DNA of 64,000 bases, from the NCBI RefSeq assembly GCF_004010195.1, contig NC_057711.1:71812521-71876520 (forward strand), in the 5' to 3' direction. The notes under the pieces were generated by a model. It had not been told where the DNA came from. It saw only the letters and a list, made by a program, of their open reading frames with translations, and searched no databases. Shown piece after piece: positions 50,780-63,914 of the stretch. Numbering within the stretch: the stretch's first letter is position 1; each line of letters starts with the position of its first letter. Made by a program: the position numbers and the translations under genes. Origin of the DNA: Chiloscyllium plagiosum (Eukaryota).

Positions 50780-52833
50780 AAGGGTATCAAATGATATAGA
50801 TCAAAGGTGGGTAAATTGAGTTAATGTTGAAATTAATCATAATCTGTTTACATAACAGACCAGACTCAAGGGGCTAATAGTCTTCCTGTTGTTCCTATCT
50901 ATCTTCATCAGGCAGGCCCAGATTTTGGTTCCGAGGAAGAGTGCATTGTAGAAGTGATGCTTTGTATTTCAATAGCACATAACATCCTGGGATTGTACAC
51001 TGAATTGTAAAAAGGAATTTCTCCCCCCCTTTTTATCCTTTCACTGAGAAGTAAATAGTTTCCAGGAATTGTGATTGATTTAAATGGGAGAACAGTCAAA
51101 TGTTGCAAAATGTATCCAGTTAATGCAAAGTTGACGCTGGAGAAAATTATTTGAAACCTGGAGAATCAATAAACTTGATTGGCCAAATTGCCATTTTTCA
51201 TTCATTATGTATTATGTTCTTCTGTTCAAAAGAAGCTTTGAAATGCTTTGACTGGCTGATCTCCACATCTTCAAAATCAATTAAAGATACATCTCTGCTC
51301 CATTAAGGATCCTTTCATAAGCCAGAATTTTTGTGCATTGTAAAATTACTTTACATTTATCACACAATAGAAATAAATTTCATTCTGTGCGTTCAGTCCT
51401 CTCCAGAGGATGTTGCTTCTCGCTGAGATATATTCCACTGTTGCTTGTTGTCATCTGGCACATTACTTAAGTAACTGCTATTCATCGTTACGACACAGGG
51501 ACAGCAAGCTCAACTAAACCAGCTGCATTATCACTGGATTTGCAACATAGTGAAATCAAAATATACCACGGCCCCTCAAAGTTTCCCAGTTGTTCCTAAT
51601 CAAGCTTTGTGAGTGTCAGGTATCAGGCACCAAGTTTATAATTAAACAAAAATTAATAATTTATTATTAATATTGTAACTTTAGCAGAGCAATGCTCAAC
51701 AACAAGGTAATCTAAATAATGTCTATGATTTTAAACCAATCTTTTTGAATGAATTCCTCACTCAAACACACAGATACAGTTAATTGAAAGGAAAATAAAA
51801 GAGTTCTAATTTGCCATTTCAATAATGAGTACCATGTCTGTATGGTATCCTTGAACAATGGGTTGTATTACAGGTGGAAAGGATTGTATCTTACTCAAAT
51901 TCTGAAGGCACTGGTCAATGCAGACAGTTTCCAGGAGCCTCCAAGGGATATTCACTCATTTCTTAAAAACTGGGATTATTTTTCTTGGAACATACATTTC
52001 TTTAACTAAATATAAAACTAGAGAGGAAAAACTCAAAACCACAGCTTCACTGTCCAGCAGCTTCTGAACACACAGGCTTCTGCCCAAAAACCTTGTCAAA
52101 AACCACTTCAATCTATGGTTTCTCTTTCTTTACCAAATTCTTTATGGTTAGCTAGCCAACAATGAATTCCCTTTGATTGATTGACAAATGCAACATCCAA
52201 CCAGCTACCAGTCTTTGAGTGCAACTCATCCTGCTGCCGAAATGTCTGCAGTGTTAGTGGAACAATAATTAACCTGCAATTATCTTTCCAGGCCCTTCCC
52301 AGCCACACACATCAGTTTGCTTGGCTGCTACTCCACCGCCATCTTGGAGAAGAGTCTGTCCATCATCTAAAAGGACAGGAATGTGATGGGATACTCCCCA
52401 CTTGCCTGAGTGCAGCCAATTGCAGCTCTAACAACACTGAAGGAGCTGGACATCAGCTAGGACAAAACAGACCATTTGATTGGAATTCCATTCACCACCT
52501 TCGGCATTCACTCTTTTCATCACTGATATATAATAGCAGCAGCAGTGTGTACCATATACAAGATGTACTATAACAAATCATGAAGATTTTTTCAACAACC
52601 AGTAAGAAGCTCCACATACCGAATCAGTTTAGAAAATATAATTGCAAGCTTCCATACTGCATCAGAATCCAATTTTTGACGTGTCTCAAAATTAATTTCT
52701 TCCATCTGCCTTGCTTCTCTCTTCCAACATCAGGATCATATTCGACCCGGAGAACCAAGGAATCCATTGATCCTTTGCTTTGTCTTAACTGTGAATAATA
52801 GCAGGTGCAAATTTCAAAATATCCTTTTCAAAT

Positions 52834-53408
52834 AAGACATAAGACCATAAGACATAGGAATGAAACTAAGGCCATTCGGCCCATCGAGTCCACTCCGTCA
52901 TTTAATCATGGCTGATGGGCATTTCAACTCCACTTACCTGCATTCTCCCCGTAGCCCTTAATTCCTTGTGACATCAAGAATTTATCAATCTCTGGCTTGA
53001 AGACATTTAGCATCCCGGCCTCCACTGCACTCTGCGGCAATGAATTCCACAGACCCACCACTCTCTGGCTGAAGAAATGTCTCTGCATTTCTGTTCTGAA
53101 TTGACCCCCTCTAATTCTAAGGCTGTGTCCACGGGTCCTAGTCTCCTCGCCTAATGGAAACAATCTCTTAGCGTCCACCCTTTCCAAGCCATGTATTATC
53201 TTGTAAGTTTCTATTAGATCTCCCCTTAACATTCTAAACTCCAATAAGTACAACCCCAGGATCCTCAGCCGTTCCTCGTCTGTTAGACCTACCATTCCAG
53301 GGATCATCCATGTGAATCTCCGCTGGACACGCTCCAGTGCCAGTATGTCCCTCCTGAGGTGTGGGGCCCAAAACTGAACGCAGTACTCCAAAAGGGGCCT
53401 AACCAGAG
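52834..53408 (-). mobile_element. Young 5'-truncated CR1 (ORF2 C-terminus 52924-53391 open)
   Basis: EYCVQFWAPHL..RTRGHSLRIRG..FFSQRVVGLWNSLP; 10-bp TSD CTTTTCAAAT at 52824-52833 and 53409-53418. Confidence 0.93.
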
Positions 53409-53777
53409 CTTTTCAAATGGGAATCCCACACCCAGTATTATCTAATTCAGAAGTATAATCATCTATGTAGACGTTGTAAGGGTCATCTGACTCTTAGGAG
53501 TCATCCTCGCTGCTTTTCAGGATCAATTTTAAAATGCAAACGACAGTTCCGGAACTGCAACAAGAAAACAGTCCAATTTGAAGTTAAGCTTAGGGCATGT
53601 CATGGGTGTGAATCAGCCAACCTTGCTGCATTAATGACAAAGTTGCTGCAATTGGTGCCAATGCCTGGAAGGATGAAGTGGCAAAAATTAGCTGAAGTTA
53701 CCATTCTTGACTGCTAACCAAAGTAAGTATGCATTGGCATCAGGAGAGATAGGATATTGCATGTGACAAAAAACACA

Positions 53778-54130
53778 GGGACGCATGGTAGCTCAGTGGT
53801 TATCTCTGTTGCCTCACAGGACCAGGGGCCCAGGTTTGATTCCAACCTGGACGACTGTCTGTGTGGAGTTTGCACATTCTCCCCGTGTCTGCATGGGTTT
53901 CCTCCAGGTGATCCGGTTTCCTCCCACAATCCAAAGATGTGCAGGTGAGGTGAATTTTCCATGCTAAATTGCCCATAGTGTTCAGGGATGTGTTGGTTAG
54001 GTACATTAGTCAGGGGTAAATGTACAGTGATAGGGTAGGGGAATGTGTCTGGATGGGTTACTGTTTGGAGGATCTGTGTGGGCTTGTTGTGCCAAATGGC
54101 CCGTTGCCACACTGTAGAGATTCTGTGATA
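53778..54130 (+). mobile_element. Full-length HE1-like V-SINE
   Basis: A box, B box (GGTTTGATTCC), V-SINE core, CR1-like tail. Confidence 0.9.
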
Positions 54131-54749
54131 GGCTAAGCCCCGCAAATGGACATCTTATTCCTAGCCATCAATAGTACTGACTACTGAGGTAACATACTGT
54201 CCATGCAAGCTACACGAAATGAGAAGGTTTGATGCATATAATAAGGAAAAAAAGAATGCTGTTAGTTTCCATTGATAAAAGCATAACAAAGCAATTATAA
54301 ATAGACCTGTAAGGGTATATTGACCAAAACAATTAATTTATCAATTGACAGTGACATGAGTACAGTATTTAATGTAACTAGGTCATACAAGTCAATCCTA
54401 TTTAGTTTAAGAAAAGGAAACCAAGTGTTGTGAATTCAAGAATTAGCATTAATCATTAGATCAATGGTTTTACACATTTAATCACTCAGTAACTTACATA
54501 TAAAACACGAGAGAAATTAAGAGAAATACTTCAGTTCTCTTTTCTACTCCAAATTTGTTGACACAATAATGTTTGAACATGTAGAGTCCGGTGAAACTGA
54601 GAAATCCGCCATTGATGTCTGCACTGAAGAAAGTGTTTCCTTGCATTGCCAGAAAAGTAGACTGTGGACTCTACAACCACATCCATCTGTTGCTGAACAT
54701 GCTTGCAAACTATCACATTCACTGTATGCCTAAGAGAATACCATTGCCG

Positions 54750-55320
54750 AACTTGGACCCCACATCAACTCATCTGCTGCTGAAACCCTCACCATGACTT
54801 CACTACCTTAAGACTTGACAGTTCAAAGCACTCCGGGCCAGTCTCCCATTTTCTATCCTCCTCAAACTTGAAACTGTCCAGAATTCTACAATATTCATAC
54901 CACATCCCTTTGTACTCATTATCGACATTAGCATCTAATTAAGCAATGCCTTTATTTTAATATTAATATTCTCGTGGTCATTTCCCAGTTCCACCATTAT
55001 ATACTTCACAATGTCTGTAAACTCCTCCAGCCCCACAAACCTCTGAGGTATCTGCTTTCCTTCAATTCCAGCCTCAAGTATCCTTGATTTTAATTGTTCC
55101 ACCATTGGTGGTCTCTGGTGCCTAGATGCTACACTTTGGAATTTCCTCTCTAAGCTCTCTGCCTCACTACTAAAAGCCACTGCTTTAACAAAGACTTTAC
55201 CCATCTAGTCTACTGTTGCCTTATATTAATTCAGTGCCAAATCTTTCTTTATAATGGTCCCGAAACACCTTGGAATGTATAAATCTTTTAATATTACTAA
55301 AAAATGACAACATGTTCTTA
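54750..55320 (+). mobile_element. Decayed L2-like LINE 3' end
   Basis: ACCATTGGTGG..TGCCTAG..TGGAATTTCCTC..AAACACCTTGG pattern typical of L2 3' ends (recalled). Confidence 0.55.
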
Positions 55321-55457
55321 TGTTTCCCAGATTGTTTTATCAGGCAAATATCTACAAGTTCTGGATTCCACTATTCCAAAATCAAGGGTAAGTGTCCTCT
55401 CTACCTCTGCTGAGGTACAGATTCCCCATTGCTCAAGCTGCCTCCTAAATGGTGAAT

Positions 55458-58005
55458 CATTTAGGGTCATATAGCACAGAAACAGACCCTTCAGCTCATT
55501 TTGCCCGTGCCGACCAGGTTTGTTAAACTGAGTTAGTCCCATTTGCCTGCATTTGGTCCATATCCCTCTAAACCTTTCCTGTACATGTACTTGTCCAAAT
55601 GTCTTTTAAATGTTGTAATTGTACTCACCTAAACCACTTCCTCTGGCAGCTCATTCCAAATATGCACCACCCTCTGTGTGAAAAAAAGGTGCCTCTCAGG
55701 TCCCTTTTAAATCTTGCCTTTCTCACCAAAAAGCTATGTCCTGTAGTTTTGCTTTTCCCTACCTTGGGGAAAAGATCTTGGCTGTTCACCATATCCATGC
55801 CCCTCATGATATTATAAACCTCTATGAGGTCACCCCTCAATCTCCTACAGTCCAGGAGAAAAAGTCCAAACTCTTCCTTTAACTCAAACATTCTGGTCTT
55901 GGTAACATCCTTTTTTTGCACCCTTTCCAGTTCAATAACCTCCTTCCCAAGGTGACCAGAATTGTACAAGCAAATTACTGCAAAACACTGGAGTCTGTAC
56001 TCCAGTGCTGAAAACAAGAAGTGCTGGAGATCACAACGGGTCAGGCAACATCCATGGAGAGAGAGCAAGCTAACATTTCAAGTCTAGATGAGTCTTCATC
56101 AGAGCTGATGTGACATGTGGAGGATGTAGCATTTATAATAGATGGGGGGAGGGGGGGTTGGAGTGCAGGAGGAGAGACGATATTGAGGGGAGACAAAGGA
56201 GAACATGGTAACAGAGAATGTAACAAGTAAAGCTGAAAGAAAGGGAATGAATGAGCGTGTGTTCACAATGTGAAGGTGTTGAACACAATATTGAGTCCAG
56301 AAGACTATAAAGTGCCTAGCCTGAAGATGAGATGATGTTCCAGTGAATCACAGAACAAACTGGAGGAATACAATACACATGTCTGTCCTCAGCAGTATGC
56401 TGTGTTAAAATGACCGGCTATGGGAAGGTTAAGGTCCTGCTTGTGCATGGACCGGAGGTGTTCTGCAAAGTGGTCACCCAGTCTGCGTTTGGTTTCTCCA
56501 ATGTAAAATAGGCCACATTAGGTGCAGCGAGTACAAACCACAAGATTGGAAGAGGCACCAGTAAAATACTGCTTCACTTGGAAAGATTGTTTAGGCCCTT
56601 AGTTGGTGAGCAGGGAGGATGTGAAGGGGCAAGTGTTGTACTTTCTGTAGTTAAATGGGAAGATGCCATGGGTTTGGGGTTGGGGGGGGGGGGGATTGTG
56701 TCGAGGAATGGACTAGGGTATCCCCCATATCCCTGCAAAATACAGATGGGGGAGTGAAGGTAAATGTGTGTGTAGTGGTGGCATTCTGCTGCAAGTGTCT
56801 GAAATAGCAGAGAATGATCCCTTGATTGCAGAGGCTGGTGGGATGCAAAGCGAGGACAAGGTAGACCTGATCTCACTGTTATTGAGCACATTATGCTTAT
56901 GGAAGAAGCAAGCCATGTCTGCAGCCTGTTTTGGAAGGTGGCATCATGCAAACAGATACAATGTAGGCAAAGCAACTGGGAGAATGGGATGGAGTCCTTG
57001 CAGAATGTTGGGTGCGAAGAACTGTCATGAAGGTAGCTACGGGAGTCTGTGGCTTTGTAGTGGATGGTGGTGGATAGTTTGTTCCCCAAATAGGGAGGTC
57101 AAGGAAAAGAAAGGGAGTGTCAGAAATGAACAATGGGAAAGTTACATAGGGGTGGAAAATGGCAGCAAAATGAACAAATATTTTAAAGTCCAGGCATGAA
57201 CATGAAGCAGCGCTAAAACAGTGTTGATGCACCGAAAGAAGATTTGGGGGAGGGGGCCAAAGTAGGACTGGAACAAAGATTGTCCACCATAAAGAGGCAG
57301 GCATAACTGAGGCCCATTCAGGCACCCGTAGCCACTCTTTTGACTTGGCAGAAGTGAGATGAACTAAAGGAGAAATTGTTCAGTGAGAGAACCAGTTCAG
57401 CCAAGTGGAGGAGAGTGATGGTGGATGGGGAGTGTTCAGGGCCGCTGATTGAGGAACAAGCTGAGAGCTCGCAGACCATCCTGGTGGAGAATGGAGGTTT
57501 GGAGGGATTGAATCTCCATGGTGAACAGGAGGCAGTCAGGGCTTGGGAATGGAAATTGTGAACACGGTGGAGGGCATCAGAGGAATCGTGGATGTTGATG
57601 GGCAGAGTCTGGACAAGTAGAGAGAAGATGGAATTATGGAGGGAGGAAATGAGCCCGGTGGGGCAACAGGGGCAAAAGACGTTGGAAAAGTTCAGCAGGT
57701 CTGGCAGCATCTGTGAACAGACATCAGAGTTAACATTTTCGACCAGTGTCCCATCCTCAGTCTGCCATCTGGTTTGTGGCATCAGAGGAATTGTGGATGT
57801 AGGTGGACAGAATCTGGACCAGAATTGTATGCAATACTCCAAGTGTGGCTTTACCAATGTCTTGCACAGTTGTAACATGCTGTCCCAATACCTGTTCTCA
57901 ATGCTCTCACCAATGAAGACAAGCATGCTAAGTGTCTTCTGAACCATCTTGTTTGCCTGTGACACCACTTTCAAGGAACTATGTAATTGCACCCCATGTC
58001 TCTCA
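55458..58005 (-). mobile_element. CR1/HER1 3' part split by a Penelope insertion
   Basis: LCKTLVKPHLEYCIQFWS (57.8-57.9k) continues to LRGDLIEVY..FKRDLRG (55.5-55.96k). Confidence 0.88.
55967..57816 (-). mobile_element. Decayed Penelope-like element (RT, GIY-YIG, pLTR with hammerhead-like motif)
   Basis: NNFSF..QVKRVATG, YKATDS..SHP..KDSIPFSQ, YIGETKRRLGDHFAEH; minus CTGATGAAGACTCATCTAGACTTGAAATGTTAGC at ~56069-56107; 13-bp TSD GACCAGAATTGTA at 55954-55966 and 57817-57829. Confidence 0.9.
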
Positions 58006-60814
58006 ATTCGACAACACAGTGCCACATCCTCACTAAAATATCTAATTTGGGTGTATGAAAATGAACAAACAAGTGAGACAAAGAATAAGATTGAGGGATA
58101 TGTGTAGAATGTTGGTCCAAGATACATTAGTGAGCGTAAATTTGATTTCCCTTGACTTCATCATCATATTTAGTAAATGAGTGAAGTTCCTCAGTCATCC
58201 TCTTCATCATTTCTATCTCTTCCTCCATACTCCAAGCTGTGGGTTGTTTGGAGGAAAGGAAGGTCCAAGTTAAAAACTGAAGATTATTAACTTTGGATTT
58301 TAGAAGACAAGGGTGTGAAAGCTTGTAACCTGTGATGATGCCTTGGGATAGCATTCTACCAGAGAAGCCGTGTGTTCACTCACCTACCATTGGAAGTGTG
58401 ACCAGATCTCATTATTTCCCAAACTAGGAGCTGACTATTTCTCCATCTGCTTCAAGCTCTATTCCTTGCAGGAATGAATTGGTGAAAAGTTAGGAATGCC
58501 CCATCAGGTCCTTTGTCTCTGCGTGCAATATATGCTGCTCCTCCCACAAGATTGAATTAATTTATGAACAACCTCAAGGTATGTGGGTGATCTGATGTAA
58601 GAAATATTATTGTACCAACCTGGTACAATACAGTACAGGAAGGGGCTTTGGGTTTGTGCATTGAATAATTGATCTCAGGGAGAATGGGGTGACATGCTGT
58701 AAATTTCCAAATTAGTGAACACAGCATAACTAAATATAATGAGGTATTCTTATTTAATTTGAGAGACTGCTCTGGTGCCCAGGAATCACAAGAAGAGAAA
58801 TGAAGCCAGGCTCAATGTTGCTTTGCTTGCCCCAAATGGGTCAACGAACTTTTAGTGTCACTGGTTTGCTGTCTTGCAGGTGCCAGCGCCTGCGCTCGTT
58901 ATAGGTGCCACATCTCTCTATATGAGCAAGAGAGGCAATTTTTACAGATCTCATTCCATTGCTGTTTTGTGCTTGTTTTATTTCTTCCTCCATGCCGCAT
59001 CCTTTTCTCTTCTCTGGTTACTTCTGCTGGATGCTCCTGTGGCAGACACTCTTGTAAAGTAACATAAAATATTTAGGAGACATATAGTCATGCCAAGTGA
59101 TGACAACTTATCGCCCCAAGTAATTTGCCATTCATCTGTTGCATATCTCTTCTCGCCAGCTGGCCTATTGCTGCTGCCTGAAGACTAAATTCTGATATGA
59201 AAGGCCCCAACATAATATTGACATTTTTGATGTGATTTATGCTGATGAATCATTAAATGGTTATGCGTGTGATCGACAAAACCCAGGCCCTAGCCCCTCA
59301 GCTCATATTGACGCACATATAATACATGCCAACACGTGGTTGGAGTGTTGAGTGTGGGAGTGGCATGGGGACCTGGTTTTGGGAATCAGTCATTACTTCA
59401 AAAGGATAGTTCAACAGCACAATTTGTGTGCCAATAATGTCTACAGCAGACAACTAAACCATGATCCTGCAGACACATGATGACTTTATGGTTTCAACTT
59501 GAAATTATATATGTTAAAGACAGTCCGTAAAACTAAAGGGGAAAGATTCTTTTATATTAATCTAAAGCCACACTTCTGTTACAGGCAAGCTAAAGAAACC
59601 TTCCTCACATCACTGTAGAAATGACCAATTGATCTTGCCCAAATGGAACAAGCATAAAGGAAGCAGTTATACAAAGAAGTTTTTAATCTTCTGTTTAATT
59701 ACATTTAGTCTGCGGTTAACAGGCACTGCATTTGACAGAGAAGGATTAGCAAAAGTCGAAAAGAGCTGACTTTAATGTCAAGAAGCCCATTCACGTCTCC
59801 TTGCTGCATTAAACAGCTGGCCTTGAACAGACACAGCTACTTGTCTCATGACAGTAGACATAGGCCTCAATTCTGAGTTGTCACATGGAGGTCATGACGA
59901 AGTAGGAATGCAAACAGGTGGGAGCAGCTTTTGGGAGAGGATATCTGATGAAACATCAATAGCCAAACCATCTTGTTGTTCTCTTCCAGCATTTTTAGAT
60001 TTAGATCATTAGCATCTGTGGTATTTTGTTTTCTGCTTACTTGGGAGGAGGACGTGGCCTGTGAATATGGTACATGGGCAGGTTGCCCAGAATTCTGACA
60101 AATGGCATCAAATGCGGATGGTTGGCATGAACGGCTGTGAATACTTACAAGTTTCCCTGTCCAGAATGTTTCTAGTCTTTTTCTCTCTCTATTGCAAATG
60201 CACATAAGGAAGTAAGTGTTATTAGTAACATGTTTTCTTCCAATGTGCCTGATTAACATTTCCCCTTTGATTTACCCCATCTACTTCAGCACTATCAAGT
60301 ATTCAGTTTACTTAAAATCCCAAGCCATTGTTTGCTGATCACGTGCTCTGTGTGTGTCTCATGTGCTGGAGACATCTGACTGCATTCAAGCATTGAGCAG
60401 CTTTCAAAACACAAAGTAGCATATCAATTTCCTCCAGCAAATAAAAGCAGCGCTGAAGTCTTCAGATCTGCACACATTAAATTTAATGAGGTCCTAATTA
60501 ATCCTTATTCTTGGAGTGCAACAGAAACGTTATCAGCCAATACAAATATCAAGTGCATTGTTCTACAAGGATCTTTATGTATTTACTGATTTCTACAAAA
60601 CAATCTCTTTTTATTATCCTCCACTGAAATTTTAAAGTAGCAAAGCTAGGGGATTTGTTCAGCTTCTGGTTTTCCCAGAAAGCGGGTTGCTCTTAATTGT
60701 GCCAGTATACGGCTAGCAAAATGAAAATCCTTGTACCCAAAATGGCACAAAACCATCTTTATCTGAGTTGGTGGAAAATAAATTTTGCAACGATCCAGTG
60801 CTCTATCTCATAAA

Positions 60815-61050
60815 ACACAGAATTTATAGCAAAAGATTACAGTGTCATGCAACTGAAATGATATATTGAACAAACCCAGATTGCTGGTAAGTCTTTCATC
60901 CAATCTTTTGCTATAAATTCTGTGTCTTTTGGTACTGCTCCACAACCACCTGATGAAAAAGCAGCGCTCTGAAAGCTAGTGCTTCCAAATAAACCTGTTG
61001 GACTATAACCTTATGTTGTGTGATTCTTAACTTTGTCCACCCCAGTCCAA
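60815..61050 (+). mobile_element. Third-family Penelope pLTR with a short inverted 5' piece
   Basis: 24-bp inverted repeat at 60815-60838 and 60902-60925; CAC-CTGATGA..CTGAAAGCTA-GTG; same tail as the 36.9k element. Confidence 0.8.
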
Positions 61051-61303
61051 CATCAGCTCCTCTACATCATGTGTGGAGATTGTACGTTCTCTCCATGTCT
61101 GCATGGGTTTCCTCCCACAGTCCAAAAATATGTATGCTAGGAGGATTGGCCATGCTAAATTGCCCATATTGCGCAGGGATGTGCAATATTAGGTGGATTA
61201 GTCATTGGAATTGCAGAGTTATGATTCTGGGAGAGAAGCTCTTCGGAGGGTTGGTATGGACTCAATGGGCCGAATTGCCTGCTTCTACACTGTATGGATT
61301 TCA
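61051..61303 (+). mobile_element. HE1-like SINE lacking its tRNA head
   Basis: V-SINE core and tail. Confidence 0.8.
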
Positions 61304-61639
61304 TGTGGGTAAATATAGTGGGCTGAATCTTGCACCTCTTTTTGGTTAAGCAGACAATCTGTCGATTTTTTTTTGGAGGTATTGTCATGGCGAGGCCCAG
61401 CAAGATTTCTCACTGCATCTTATCTAACATACCACGTTAACTACCTACCCTGCCCCTATGGCATCCCTCATGTCTGCTTCTATCCCCATCTTATCACACA
61501 ATGTTCCTGGATCCACTTGCCACTCATTGGATATCCACCGAAAGATCAGCATCCCTTGCCATTCTGCCATCAGTAAAACCCATTGCGTACTGGACTGGGA
61601 CTGAGAGACCAGAGTTGCACTGTACAATTCATGACATTT

Positions 61640-62200
61640 CCCCCGGACATGGTAAACAGGGGGACATTGATGTCCTGCGTTGTGGGCATGATTGTGGAGG
61701 GATTTCCACTTCCCTCAGGATCAGCGCTGGTCTGAGGTTGTTACAAACATACAGGCGATCATAGGAGCAAGGAACAAGAGATGGCCACTCAGCCTTCAAG
61801 TTGCTCTGCTATTCAGTGGGTTACCTGGATTACTGCAGTCTCAGCTGTCTGGAGGAATGCCCAGCAATATAGGAAGGAAGATCAATGTCCTTCTCCACTC
61901 CACCAGTGTCTCCCCAATCCCTCACACTGACTCTCTCTGCTACTGTATCCACCTCCCACCAAAACTCATCCAGGTAGGCCCATATTGAGTAGGTCCTGTG
62001 ACAGCAAGCAAAGAGCCAGATCCAGTCCATGGGCTGGGTGCATACTCCTGACTGCACAATGAGCTTATACCAGCATTACAATTGATAGGTTACCAGTGCA
62101 GGCTGATGTGCAGCACTGAAGTGCTAAACCATACTATTAGCATGAGGTTTCCCAGAGGCTAGCACATGTCGAATGTCAGTTCATGAACTTGGATGGTATG
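61640..62200 (+). mobile_element. Decayed Harbinger Myb/SANT-like remnant
   Basis: DIDVL..RDFHFPQDQRWSEVVTNI resembles the domain at 4.3k and 8.9k. Confidence 0.45.
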
Positions 62201-62384
62201 TGGGTCCTGCCCGTGGAGGGTGCTCTGAGATGCCCAGTATCCAATATCGAGGTCCTTTGGAGGAAACTATGAGCTGAAGTTGGGAGGTATCAGTTCGGAA
62301 TTCAGTGTTGAGAATTCTCACCATTTAGCTTGTTCAGCACAGTTGGCAATACAAGGAGCTGAATATTAATGAGGCAAGCAGTCT

Positions 62385-63345
62385 TGCACAGGGATTGGGA
62401 CTGGAATCCTTGTTTTTCTATTTTGTTTCAATGATTTGGTGATGGAGGTCGAGGGCAAAATCTCTAAATGTGCAGATGATACTACTCCAGGGAAAATTGC
62501 TATTTGTGAGGATGGTGCTGAGTGACTTCAGAGGGACATTGACAAGTTGGCCAAAAGGGTAGAAATCTGGCAGATGAAATTCATTGCAAAGAAATGTGAG
62601 GTCATGAACGTTCATAGAAGAAACCTGGAGAGATACCACAGGCTCAATGGTAGAACTTTGAGGGGAGAATAGGAGCAGATGACCTCGGGGTTCACATATA
62701 TTATTCTCTGAAAGTGGCCAGACAAGTTGAAATTATTGTTAAGAAGGCTTATGGAATCCTAAGTTTATAAATAGAGTATAAAAGCAAGGAGTGATGTTAT
62801 GCTTTGACAAATCAATAGTCAGATCACATTCAGACGATTGTTTAAGGAAGGATGCTAAAGCCCTGGACAGAGTGCAAAGTAGGTTTACGAGAATGATACC
62901 AGGACTGAGGGATTTTAGATTCAAGGAAAGGTGAGAGAAATTGGGCTTATTCTTCTTGGAGGGGAAGAAGATTAAGAGGAGACCTTATTGAGGTGTTCAA
63001 AATTATGAACAATTTTAACAGGGTGAAGAAGGATGTTCTGTTTCCACTGAGTGGTATATTAGAAATTACAGTCACAATTTCAAAATTATCAGCAAGAGAG
63101 CTATGAGTGAGATGTTGAGAAACTTCTTTACTCAGAGAGTTGTTGGGATTTGGGATGTGCTGCCTTGGAGAATAGTGAAGGCTTGATTCCATAGGAGGTT
63201 TCAAAAGAGACATGGGTATATATTTGACGGGGATTAATTTAGAGAACTATGGAGCTAGGTTTGGAGAATGGGTCTAGCCGTGTAGCTTTTGGGATTCAGT
63301 ACAGACACAATGACCTCCTTCTGTGCTGTACAATCCTGTAATTGT
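62385..63345 (+). mobile_element. Decayed CR1 3' part
   Basis: ISKCADDT, LQRDIDKL..WQMKF..KCEVM, LRGDLIEVFKI. Confidence 0.85.
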
Positions 63346-63672
63346 ATAAGTTGCAATGTTAATATGGCATTTTACAAACTATATACTTCTTCCTTTATTT
63401 GCAATTTGCAAGAAGATTGCTTCTGCATTTGACAAGAGCATAAAAGATGCAGCGAGATGTTCCCGATGTTGAAATAGCCACACTGGGCTTCTCATCTGCG
63501 TCTGCCACAAATCTCACAGTAGGTCATGTGACTAAGACCCCAAAATGTATCCAGCTAATGTGTTCATATCTCACCCTGATGGAAGCAGAGTGTCTTGTGT
63601 CGGAAATGCCACTGTTTACTGGCAAGTGTAAAAGTCAAGCAATATTGCTGACTTATACATGACTGAAACATA

Positions 63673-63914
63673 AACAAAAATGGACGTTGGTGGAAAAACT
63701 CAGCAAGTCTGGTCACATCTGTGGAGAGAAATCAGTATTAACTTTTCGGGTCCAGTGACCATTCTTCAGAATGGTTCTTTATGTTCTGAAGAAGGGTCAC
63801 TGGATTCAAAACATTAACTCTGAATTCTCTCCACTTATGCTGCCAGACCCGTTTTTCCAGCAATTTCTGTTTTTGTTTCTGATTTCCAAAATCCGCAGTT
63901 CTTCCGTCTTTTTT
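63673..63914. mobile_element. Fold-back ORF-less pLTR element of a fourth Penelope family with twin hammerhead-like motifs
   Basis: Arms ~63673-63771 and ~63783-63878, tail to 63914; TSD TGACT(G/A)AAACATA at 63660-63672 and 63915-63927. Confidence 0.85.

Noticed and set aside
51488..52250. Possible solo LTR (also ~18985-19150 and ~41020-41230)
   Set aside because: LTR-like composition, but paired termini and TSD could not be defined
57318..58127. 269-aa ORF
   Set aside because: Chance read-through of flank, CR1, pLTR and Penelope RT pieces across insertion junctions
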